Assembly: GCA_029975525.1 (NCBI GenBank)
Contig: JARKOX010000037.1
Coordinates: forward strand, 15,909-79,908
Direction: 5' to 3'
DNA length: 64,000 nucleotides
DNA from: Prolixibacteraceae bacterium
GTDB taxonomy: Bacteria > Bacteroidota > Bacteroidia > Bacteroidales > Prolixibacteraceae
Under the pieces are notes generated by a model. That model made no database searches. It was not told the DNA's origin and saw nothing but the letters and a program-made list of their open reading frames with translations. Position numbers and translations under genes: made by a program. The stretch's first letter is position 1; each line of letters begins with the position of its first letter. Below, piece by piece: positions 9,687-18,445 of the stretch.

Positions 9687-10355
9687 ATGAGTGAATTGTT
9701 GCAGAAATTATCCGATTGTATTGAGTTCGGAAAAATTAATAAAGCGGCTCCGTTTCCGCCCCAGATGAAAGGATTGGACGGCGCCGATGAAATCACCCGC
9801 CAGCTGCTTGAGGCGGGAACAAATCCCCAGCAGATTCTGACCGAAGGCCTGATGCCCGGCATGGAGCGGGTTGGAATCAAATTCCGTGAGAACAAGGTGT
9901 TTGTGCCCCAGGTGCTGATGTCGGCAAAGGCGATGAATACGGCCATGGTGCACCTCAAACCGTTTTTTCTCTCGGGCGATGTGAAACAGAAAGGCACTTT
10001 TATCATTGGCACCGTGGAGGGCGACCTGCACGATATCGGCAAAAACCTGGTTTCGATGATAGTGGAAGGAAACGGCTGGAAAGTGGTCGACCTGGGAACC
10101 GACGTCAAGGCCGAACAGTTTGTGGCCGCCCTGAAAGAGCATGCCGGCGCATTTGTCGGCCTGTCGGCGCTGCTGACGACGACCATGGTTAACATGGAGA
10201 AGATTACCAAAGCGATCAAGGAGGCTGTTCCGCAGGCCAAAGTGGCGGTGGGCGGCGCACCGGTAACCCTGGATTTTTGCCACAAAATTGGCGCCGACGC
10301 CTATTCGGCCGATCCGCAGGGCCTGGTCGAATACCTCAATGCGCAGGTTGCCTGA
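9687..10355 (+). CDS. Corrinoid (cobalamin)-binding methyl-carrier protein, MtaC/MtbC-like
   Basis: N-terminal helical cap followed by a Rossmann B12 domain. It carries the 'DxHxxG' motif ('GDLHDIGKN'), 'SxL' ('LSALLTTT') and 'GG' ('VAVGGAPV'). Confidence 0.9.
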   Translation: MSELLQKLSDCIEFGKINKAAPFPPQMKGLDGADEITRQLLEAGTNPQQILTEGLMPGMERVGIKFRENKVFVPQVLMSAKAMNTAMVHLKPFFLSGDVKQKGTFIIGTVEGDLHDIGKNLVSMIVEGNGWKVVDLGTDVKAEQFVAALKEHAGAFVGLSALLTTTMVNMEKITKAIKEAVPQAKVAVGGAPVTLDFCHKIGADAYSADPQGLVEYLNAQVA

Positions 10356-10422
10356 TCCGGCTGGCAGGGAGTTCGGAGAGACGCCGAAAGTCCCCCTTCG
10401 TTAAATTAATAATCTGAAATCG

Positions 10423-12042
10423 ATGAAAGGATTGGAGTTGATCAGGGAAGCGATCTCCCTGAAAGAGACAGAACGTGCCCCGTGGGTTCCGTTTGTGGGA
10501 GTTCATGGCGGCTTTTTGGTTGGTGTCGATGCCGAAACGTACCTGAAATCGGCCGAGTTGATGACGCGGGGCATCAGTAAGGCTGTTGAACTTTACCAGC
10601 CCGACGGGATCCCGGTGGTATTTGACCTGCAACTGGAGGCTGAAATTTTGGGATGCCAGCTTCGGTGGAGCGACACCAACCCGCCGGCGGTGATCTCGCA
10701 CCCGCTTTCCGAAGGGAAAAAGCTGGGCGACCTCTCTCTTCCGAAACCGGAAGAGGGGCGTATTCCGGTTGTGCTGCAAACCACCCGTAATGTGCGGGCC
10801 AAATTTCCCGAACTGGCAATCTACGGATTGATTACCGGACCTTTTACCCTGGCGCTCCACCTGCTGGGAACCGATATTTTTATGAAGCTTTACGAAGCGC
10901 CCGGCGAAGTGGCTGAAGTGATGGACTTTTGCACCCGCGTGGGACTGAAGATGTCCGAATATCTGATTGATGCCGGCTGTGATGTGATTGCGGTTGTCGA
11001 TCCGATGACCAGCCAGATTGATCCCGACACCTTTGAGCAGTTTGTCTCTCCTTATGCCACGCGGATCTTCAGTTTTATCCGGGAAAGAGAGAAGCTCAGC
11101 TCCTTTTTTGTCTGCGGGCACGCCCAGCAAAATATCGAGGTGATGTGCCACTGCCGTCCCGACAATATTTCGATCGACGAAAATATTCCGCTGGATTTTG
11201 TGAAGGAGGTGGCGCTGCGCGAAGGGATCAGTTTTGGCGGAAACCTGAAACTGACGGTGGTGTTACTGATGGGAAGCGAAGATGACGCCCGGCAGGATGC
11301 CCTGAGCTGTTTGGATCTGGGCGGAAACAGGGGGTTTATTCTGGCACCGGGATGCGACCTGCCGATGGAAACCCCTCCTTCCAATGTGCAGGCAGTGGCG
11401 GGACTGGTCCACGATCCGTACCAGCGGGAGATCGCCCGGGCGCTCGACAGCAACGGAAACCGGCTCGAAATCTTCAATATGAAAGATTACGGCCAGTCCG
11501 ACAAGGTGATTGTCGACATCATTACGCTCGACTCCGAATCGTGTGCGCCCTGCCAATATATGGTGGAGGCGGTGAAAAAAATCGCGCCCCATTTCGAAGG
11601 GGTGGTGGAGTGGCGCGAACATGCCATCAAGCGGATGGAAGCGGTTACGTTTATGTCGTCGCTGATGGTGAAAAATATTCCCACCATCTGCATTGATGGG
11701 AAAATTGCCTTTGTCTCCAAAATTCCGCCGCAAAACCTGCTGATTCAGGCTATTCAGAAACGGATCAACGAGAAGCTGCGGCTCAAAATCAAATCGAAAC
11801 ACAGCGAAATCCTCATTTTGGGCGAGAGCCAAGAGAGCTGCCGGGAGCTGAACGAACGGGTGCAGCGTGCCATTACCGAGCTGGGAAAAGAGATCACCGT
11901 TTCGGTGGTGGCCGATCCTGCCCAGATGGCCTCTTTCGGGGTGACCAAAGGACCGGCTGTGGTGGCCGTGAGCTACCGGCTGAAATCGGAAGGGACAGAA
12001 CCTTCGCTGGAGGTTGTCAAGGAGTGGATCAAGGATTTGTGA
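10423..12042 (+). CDS. URO-D/MtaA-CmuA-family methyltransferase fused to two C-terminal thioredoxin-like domains
   Basis: Residues 1 to about 345 are uroporphyrinogen-decarboxylase-fold-like, with candidate Zn ligands in 'FFVCGHAQ' and 'LAPGCDLP'. Residues from about 353 to 539 are two Thioredoxin_3-like repeats. The first has 'SCAPC' (Cys codons at 11542-11544 and 11551-11553) and the second has a degenerate motif. It is a single uninterrupted ORF. Confidence 0.8.
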   Translation: MKGLELIREAISLKETERAPWVPFVGVHGGFLVGVDAETYLKSAELMTRGISKAVELYQPDGIPVVFDLQLEAEILGCQLRWSDTNPPAVISHPLSEGKKLGDLSLPKPEEGRIPVVLQTTRNVRAKFPELAIYGLITGPFTLALHLLGTDIFMKLYEAPGEVAEVMDFCTRVGLKMSEYLIDAGCDVIAVVDPMTSQIDPDTFEQFVSPYATRIFSFIREREKLSSFFVCGHAQQNIEVMCHCRPDNISIDENIPLDFVKEVALREGISFGGNLKLTVVLLMGSEDDARQDALSCLDLGGNRGFILAPGCDLPMETPPSNVQAVAGLVHDPYQREIARALDSNGNRLEIFNMKDYGQSDKVIVDIITLDSESCAPCQYMVEAVKKIAPHFEGVVEWREHAIKRMEAVTFMSSLMVKNIPTICIDGKIAFVSKIPPQNLLIQAIQKRINEKLRLKIKSKHSEILILGESQESCRELNERVQRAITELGKEITVSVVADPAQMASFGVTKGPAVVAVSYRLKSEGTEPSLEVVKEWIKDL

Positions 12043-12117
12043 TGACCGGTTCGGATTCGCCGGAATTCAACTATTTTTATCTGGCGGCTGAAAAATAATA
12101 CCCAAAAAATTCGGAAG

Positions 12118-13020
12118 ATGAATAAAATCAGTGAAGAGGCATTCGGAAAGGTGCTGGTATCCGATGGGGCCTGGGGGACGTTTCTCCAGCAAAAAGGGAT
12201 GAAACCCGGCGAGTGTCCCGAGGCGTGGAATATAACCCATGCGGACGATGTGTTGGATATCGCCCGCAGTTATGTGGAGGCAGGCGCCGATATGATTGAA
12301 ACCAACAGTTTTGGCGGCAGCCGTTTTAAGCTGGAAAAATATGGCCTTGGCGACCGCGTTGACGAGGTGAACCGGGCGGCGGCGGCCCTCAGTCGCCAGG
12401 CTGCCGGAACCGGCCGGCGGGTGCTGGGATCGATGGGGCCTACCGGGAAAATATTGATGATGGGCGACGTGACGGAAGCGGAACTTTACGACGCTTTCCG
12501 CGAGCAGGCGGTAGCCCTCGAAGCAGGCGGCGCCGACGCCATTGTGGTGGAGACCATGACCGATCTGGAAGAGGCGTGCATCGCCGTGCGTGCTGCGCAC
12601 GAAAATACCCGGCTGGAGGTGTTCTGTACCATGACTTTTGACAAACTGCTCACCGGCGGTTACCGCACCATGATGGGGATCGCCCCGGCCGAAATGGTGG
12701 AGCCGCTGCTGGCAGCCGGTGCGTCGGTAATCGGAGCCAACTGCGGAAACGGTATGGCCGGCATGGTGGAAATCGTCCGCGAGATCAGAAGCGTAAACAG
12801 CCGGGTGCCGGTGCTGGTCCATGCCAATGCCGGCATGCCCGAATACCGCGACGGCCAAACGGTTTTTCCGGAGACTCCCGGCGAAATGGCAGCCAACGTG
12901 CAGGCGCTGATCGCTGCCGGCGCCAATATCATCGGCGGCTGCTGCGGAACCACACCGCTCCATATCCGCCTTGTAAAACAGGAGGTTGACCGGTTGTGTG
13001 ACCGGAGTAATTGTTTTTGA
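12118..13020 (+). CDS. Homocysteine S-methyltransferase-domain protein (MetH N-terminal module-like)
   Basis: Pfam S-methyl_trans-like TIM barrel. Zn Cys-triad positions are conserved: 'IGANCGNG' and 'IIGGCCGTTPLHI'. 'ADMIETNSF' is typical of the MetH Hcy domain/BHMT/MmuM. Confidence 0.85.
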   Translation: MNKISEEAFGKVLVSDGAWGTFLQQKGMKPGECPEAWNITHADDVLDIARSYVEAGADMIETNSFGGSRFKLEKYGLGDRVDEVNRAAAALSRQAAGTGRRVLGSMGPTGKILMMGDVTEAELYDAFREQAVALEAGGADAIVVETMTDLEEACIAVRAAHENTRLEVFCTMTFDKLLTGGYRTMMGIAPAEMVEPLLAAGASVIGANCGNGMAGMVEIVREIRSVNSRVPVLVHANAGMPEYRDGQTVFPETPGEMAANVQALIAAGANIIGGCCGTTPLHIRLVKQEVDRLCDRSNCF

Positions 13021-13098
13021 TCCGAAGAAACTTCCGGAGGCGATTTGTAAAAATTCAGTTTGGATATTAACTGGTTTATTCCTGGAAGTACCTGGGTT

Positions 13099-14001
13099 AT
13101 GCAGAAGATACCTTTTCATATTATTTCCGGATTTCTGGGAAGCGGCAAAACCACTTTTCTGAAGCAGATACTCGGGCAGATTCCGGCCGGCGAAAAGATC
13201 GGGGTGGTGCAGAATGAGTTTGCCCCGGCCAACATCGACGGCACGGAATTAAAACAGGCCGGCCGCGATTTTCAGCTGCTGGAACTCAACAACGGTTCGG
13301 TGTTTTGCGCCTGCCTGCTGGGCGACTTTGTCGATTCGCTCAACCGTTTTGTCGACCGTTGCCAGCCCGACCTGGTGGTGCTGGAAGCGTCCGGCCTCTC
13401 GGATCCCACGTCGGTGGCCGAAACACTCTCCCTGCCGCCGCTCTCCGAAAAAATTTACCTGGCAGGCAACTGGTGTGTGGTCGATACCGTTAATTTTAAC
13501 CGTGGCGGACTGATGCGGCAGCGGATCATTCACCAGGTGCGCGCGGCCGATGTTGTGCTGCTCAACAAGGCCGACCTGGCCGGCGACAAAATTGCCGGCG
13601 TCAAAGCGGAAATCCGGCAGATCAACCCTTTTGCCGATCTGCGCGAAACCTCGTTTGGCCAGGCTTTCTTTCAGGAAGAGCTCCAGCCGGTGAAGAAGTT
13701 CTATTTTGACCGGGTGGCGCCGCTGGGACGCCCCGATATTCAATCGATGGTTATTAAAAGCGGAAAACGGTTGACCCGCGACCGTCTGGAGAAATTCCTG
13801 AACCAGTGGGCGCCGCTGGCCTACCGGATCAAAGGGTTTGTCGCCCTGGCCGATGGCGCTTCGGTGGCCGTGCAGTGCACCCTCGGCACGGTCGAAATTA
13901 AACCGGTGGAATGGCTGGCCGGCCCAACCGAACTGGTTGCCCTCACCGACCGGTTTACCCTGCCGGAGTGGAACCGCTCGTTCCGGGAATATGCCGGATG
14001 A
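13099..14001 (+). CDS. COG0523/CobW-family G3E GTPase (putative metallochaperone)
   Basis: Walker A 'GFLGSGKTT', Walker B-like 'LVVLEASGLSDP', 'LLNKADL' (NKxD), and a CobW_C-like tail. The usual CxCC motif is 'CAC' here. Start chosen at the ATG at 13099; the ORF track starts at 13060. Confidence 0.8.
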   Translation: MQKIPFHIISGFLGSGKTTFLKQILGQIPAGEKIGVVQNEFAPANIDGTELKQAGRDFQLLELNNGSVFCACLLGDFVDSLNRFVDRCQPDLVVLEASGLSDPTSVAETLSLPPLSEKIYLAGNWCVVDTVNFNRGGLMRQRIIHQVRAADVVLLNKADLAGDKIAGVKAEIRQINPFADLRETSFGQAFFQEELQPVKKFYFDRVAPLGRPDIQSMVIKSGKRLTRDRLEKFLNQWAPLAYRIKGFVALADGASVAVQCTLGTVEIKPVEWLAGPTELVALTDRFTLPEWNRSFREYAG

Positions 14002-14058
14002 AACGGGGGCTGACACCGCTTTATCCGTCAGTTTTTTACTGCTTCCGGCCGTCGGCCG

Positions 14059-15618
14059 CTATTTCTCCGGACCAAAAATCTCCGGGCTATCCGGATTTCT
14101 GTAATCGAAAAAATTAATTCCTTTTTGTTGATAAAGTTTCAGCATTGAATTCATCCGTTCGAGGAAACGTTCGCGGTTTTTGGCGTGGCTTTCCGTCCAG
14201 GCTGCTTCGGCCAGCGCCGACAAACGCGGATAAAGCATAAATTGCAGCCGTTCGGGGGTGTGAATCGTTTCGCTCCACACATTGGCCTGGATCCCTTTTA
14301 CCAGTGGGTCGGTTACCGATATTCCGTCTGAGAAATAGTTGTCGGGAAAATCGTACACCGCTTCAATGGGCGCATAACTGCCCTGCCATTTGCGGCCGTG
14401 CGTGTGCGTTTTGTTTTGAACAAAATCAAAATAGAGCGGGATGCGCGGGCATAAAACGACCTCGTAATGTTGGGCAATCGCCTTGTTTAGCAGGGGTTTC
14501 TGGTCGTGGCGCCACCACATCACCAGCGTGTTGGTGTTCGGAAGTCCTGCAGTAACCACCTCATCCCAGCCCACCACTTTTTTTCCGATCGTTTGAATGG
14601 AGTCGGCCATCCGGTTCAGGAAATAGTGCTCCACCTCGACCAGGTTTTTCAGCTTTTGGGAGTTCATCAGTTGCTGCACCTCGGGCAGCGCCGACCAGTG
14701 TTCGTTTCCGAAATGAACCTCGTCGCCGCCGATGTGAATATAGTCAGAAGGGAAGAGCCCGGTCACTTCGCGCAGAATGTTGGTCAGGAAGGTGTAGGTG
14801 CCTTCTTTTCCGGGGTTGAAGGTGAAGTCGGGATATCGCTCCGAGCCGCCCCCGTTGAATTCGGGATAGGCTTTGACCGCCGCAGTGGCGTGTCCGGGCA
14901 TGTCGATTTCGGGGATCACTTCGATAAACCGCTGGCGGGCATATTCCACGATTTCGGCAATTTCCTCCTGCGTGTAGAAACGGGCAGGAGCAGCAGGGTC
15001 GGTGTGGTTGCCGATTCCGCCGGTGGTGGTTAGCCGCGGATACTGTTTGATTTCGATTCTCCAGCCCGGGACGTCGGTCAGGTGCCAGTGGAATTTATTG
15101 AGTTTCTGCAGGGCCATCAGGTCGAGGATTTGTTTGACCTGCTCTTTTCCGAAAAAATGACGCGATTCATCGAGCATAACCCCGCGCCATCCGAAACGGG
15201 GCTGGTCTTCTATCACCGCACAGTTGAGCGTACCTCCCGGCTGTGCTTCGTTCAGCAGCTGAAGCAGGGATTGCAGTCCGTAAAAACAGCCCTGGTCCGA
15301 GCCGCCTTCAACCACTACTCCGTTTTTGCCGATCGTCAGTTTGTAGGCTTCCGCCCCGCTGATCTGCTTGGTGCGCACCAGCCGGATAAAGCCATTTCGG
15401 GATTTTTCGTTTACGGTTATTCCGTAAAAATCTTTTGCCGACCGGGCAAAAACCGGAATCAGGGCGGCCAGCTCTTTTTCGGCAGCCGAAATGGTTAGCT
15501 TTGCCGGAACAGCCAGTTGGCCTGGCTGCGGCTGGTAGCGGTTGGGAAATGGGGTGATTGGCTGTGCGTTACACCAAAGCAGTAACAGGGTGGCTAAACT
15601 TGTAAAAATTAGACGCAT
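14059..15618 (-). CDS. Beta-N-acetylhexosaminidase, GH20
   Basis: Signal peptide. 'FHWHLTDVPGWRIEI' and the catalytic 'HIGGDEV' motifs. Confidence 0.9.
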   Translation of the reverse strand: MRLIFTSLATLLLLWCNAQPITPFPNRYQPQPGQLAVPAKLTISAAEKELAALIPVFARSAKDFYGITVNEKSRNGFIRLVRTKQISGAEAYKLTIGKNGVVVEGGSDQGCFYGLQSLLQLLNEAQPGGTLNCAVIEDQPRFGWRGVMLDESRHFFGKEQVKQILDLMALQKLNKFHWHLTDVPGWRIEIKQYPRLTTTGGIGNHTDPAAPARFYTQEEIAEIVEYARQRFIEVIPEIDMPGHATAAVKAYPEFNGGGSERYPDFTFNPGKEGTYTFLTNILREVTGLFPSDYIHIGGDEVHFGNEHWSALPEVQQLMNSQKLKNLVEVEHYFLNRMADSIQTIGKKVVGWDEVVTAGLPNTNTLVMWWRHDQKPLLNKAIAQHYEVVLCPRIPLYFDFVQNKTHTHGRKWQGSYAPIEAVYDFPDNYFSDGISVTDPLVKGIQANVWSETIHTPERLQFMLYPRLSALAEAAWTESHAKNRERFLERMNSMLKLYQQKGINFFDYRNPDSPEIFGPEK

Positions 15619-15905
15619 GGTATTGTTATTTTAATAAGCCTGTTTAAGGCTCCCTCAGATTTTGAAAATCCCTCAAAACTACTGTTTTTTTTGATTTTGG
15701 CTGATTTGAGAATTTTCTCCGTTGTGGAACCGTTCCTGCCGCTGGTCAGCACTTTCTCAATAACTCTTATTTGATGGTTTTAAAAATAACATGAATTTAT
15801 AGATTTGTATATCAGTTGTTTATGTGATTTGAGAATGCCTTTGAAATGCCCCGGAATAAATTATGAATATGCCAAATAAAATATTGGTGATCATTTTATA
15901 GTTCT

Positions 15906-18341
15906 TTATTGATTATCAAAATTTACAACAATATCTCTTGTCCTTGATTTTGGAAAAACTATCAACTGTACTATTTTGCCGTTTTGAAAACTGCATTTGA
16001 CAGTAGTATTTCCGGGTGCATGCAATTTAAAATCAACATCCCATTCTTTGGGCCAGGCAGGAAACAATATGATTTTATCTTCGATGGTTTGCATTAACAT
16101 TTCTTGAAGACCGATCATTCCGCTTCCTCCCCAGTTATGATCTGGAACCCAGTCGTGACCAGGGCCCCAAAACGTTGGAAAACGGCGTTCGCTGTCCTGT
16201 AACTTTTTGATATTATAATCAGCTGCTTCTTCAGTCATTCCCATTCGGGCAAAGAAAATACCGTCTTGATGCCAGCTTTGCACCATATTTTTAGGAAATT
16301 TTCCATGTTTCCATGTGTTTCTGAAAATAGTCATATCATCTTTTCCAAGATAAAAACGATTAAACGGGAAAAGGGGATAAAATTGAGGGCATTCCACATT
16401 CTGGTATTTCAACCACGACCATGCGGGTTTTATTATTCTATCGCCATCTACCTCATCATAATCAAAATCAGGAATACTATTTAAGTATTCCTTGTAATAT
16501 TTTCTTTTTTCAGTATCGAGGTATTTTTCGTCCAGTATCAGCAATGCTTCAAGGCAAGCTTTCAGACCTGCTGTCAAATCTGACGGATTTTTTGCCCCCC
16601 GATATGATTCGCATGAAGTAGATGGATAAATCACAAGTTTGCCATTTTCATCAAGTTCATTCCCGTTACGCATCTTCTGGCGCAACCGGTAGTGTTTATC
16701 GAAGAATATTAACGATTGTTCTATAAAAGGGATATAAGCAGAAATGTCGTTCCCAGTGAAGCGATGGTATTCCAAAATCATATAAGCATGTTCTACTTGC
16801 GATTCCCAATGATAAGCAATTGATCCGTTGGCCATTATTCCTTTCTCTACTACCTCTCCAAAACCAGTTGCAGCATTTGCACGCGGATCGCCAAAGGGTA
16901 TTTCCTCTCCTCTGATACGATAGTTGTAATCATTCTGCCAACCCCATCCATCTCCCATAGCAATTCCGGGAACACTGGTATATTCGCAATAAATTGCTCC
17001 TTCGTGTCCAAAATATTTCTTTACCCGCGCTGTAGCGCCGGGCAGCCCTTTTCTATAGAGTTCAAATTGGGGCAAAATGGCATCAAAATCCCCGGATTTA
17101 AGCATTGGCCAATATAACAAACGTTGATTCTGGGCTGTAAAAACTGCCCCGCCCCATTGCCGCCAGTCTGGATCGTGAACTACCTTTTCGTTTACCAGCA
17201 CCGGATCAAATGTTAGGTTTCCTCCGTTGAATTTTGCCGGATATTCGCCAAATACATTTCCTCCTAGCTGGTAACGGAACAACTGATAATTTCGCCCCAT
17301 TTGCCAAACTGGATTTTTGGGATCCGGATTTTTAGACTGAATAAAAATGTAACTTCGGTTCCAGAACTGATGCCACCAGTCAACTGTTTTTTCAAACGTC
17401 TGTTCTGGATTTTTAGTGGCGGCATCCTTTACTTTCGAAAGGTTTTCTTTCCATTCTTCAATAGTTTCGGTCTGCCCGATATTGGTTGCAATTAAAATCA
17501 AGTGATTTTTTTGAGGGTTCTTAGTTTTCAGTTTCCATGATTTAAACGGAGTTTGTTGATAGATGCCTTCTCCGACTTCACCGAATACGAAATTTTCGCC
17601 AAACAATATGCCCCCAAAAGTGCGATTTTTCAAATCGTCGGTAATCTCTGCGGCATATTCTTCCAAACCCTGTTGTTCAATAAGCACTTCAGGGATAAGT
17701 TTATTCGTGGGATTTCTGTGAAAGAATGTTATCCCATCGGTAGTTTGTTCAATGATATCTTTCGACCGAATTACTTTCCCCGGATAACCTTCCAGGTTAA
17801 ATGCGGAAAAACGTTCCTTTTTCTGCGGTTCGCCCGACAATTCCATACTTTCGGTACGCCAGCTTTCATACGAAACCGTGACATCAGTATTTTGATTCGA
17901 CTTTACATCGATATAAATTACCGGGTGAAAAACATCGATCCACAGTTTCAGCTTCGTTTTGAGCACGTCTGGAGAGCCATTTTTTTCAGATTCAATTTCG
18001 ATATATCCGTCTTTTAGCTTCAGCTCCTGACGGAAAAAAGATTCGCCTTCAAACGGATCTGGGCTTAGATGTAAGCGAAACCTTCCGAGTTTTAAATATT
18101 GGCCGTTTTCGTCCATGCTGCCACTTCTTTGTAGATAAAAAAGAATATCACCGTTTTCCACCCAAACATTACAGCCAATGTCTCCGCCAACTAGCGGCAT
18201 CGATTCTGAGGCATTTTTGCTTTGTGTCCTCCAGATAATGTTATATTGTTCGTAATTTTCCGGAACATTTTGCTTTATGGTACATGCCTGAATTAAAAAC
18301 AATCCAGACAAAACAATCCGGCTAAGCTTAACTTTTTTCAT
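15906..18341 (-). CDS. Putative glycoside hydrolase, unassigned family (beta-sandwich N-domain plus (alpha/alpha)6-like; resembles DUF5703-type PUL proteins)
   Basis: 811 aa with a lipoprotein signal ('LFLIQAC'). The N-terminal 'MPLVGGDIGCNVWVENGDILFYLQRSG' pattern is analogous to the GH95/GH65-type N-domains. Located in the PUL. The family call is from memory only. Confidence 0.55.
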   Translation of the reverse strand: MKKVKLSRIVLSGLFLIQACTIKQNVPENYEQYNIIWRTQSKNASESMPLVGGDIGCNVWVENGDILFYLQRSGSMDENGQYLKLGRFRLHLSPDPFEGESFFRQELKLKDGYIEIESEKNGSPDVLKTKLKLWIDVFHPVIYIDVKSNQNTDVTVSYESWRTESMELSGEPQKKERFSAFNLEGYPGKVIRSKDIIEQTTDGITFFHRNPTNKLIPEVLIEQQGLEEYAAEITDDLKNRTFGGILFGENFVFGEVGEGIYQQTPFKSWKLKTKNPQKNHLILIATNIGQTETIEEWKENLSKVKDAATKNPEQTFEKTVDWWHQFWNRSYIFIQSKNPDPKNPVWQMGRNYQLFRYQLGGNVFGEYPAKFNGGNLTFDPVLVNEKVVHDPDWRQWGGAVFTAQNQRLLYWPMLKSGDFDAILPQFELYRKGLPGATARVKKYFGHEGAIYCEYTSVPGIAMGDGWGWQNDYNYRIRGEEIPFGDPRANAATGFGEVVEKGIMANGSIAYHWESQVEHAYMILEYHRFTGNDISAYIPFIEQSLIFFDKHYRLRQKMRNGNELDENGKLVIYPSTSCESYRGAKNPSDLTAGLKACLEALLILDEKYLDTEKRKYYKEYLNSIPDFDYDEVDGDRIIKPAWSWLKYQNVECPQFYPLFPFNRFYLGKDDMTIFRNTWKHGKFPKNMVQSWHQDGIFFARMGMTEEAADYNIKKLQDSERRFPTFWGPGHDWVPDHNWGGSGMIGLQEMLMQTIEDKIILFPAWPKEWDVDFKLHAPGNTTVKCSFQNGKIVQLIVFPKSRTRDIVVNFDNQ

Positions 18342-18445
18342 TTGTCAAAATTAATTGTTCTTTTAAATGGCTTTTAATTCTCCTACTTTAGTCATTTTCC
18401 TGTGAGAGGAACGGTTCTTATAGTTGTTAAGTCAGTTAGGAAATT

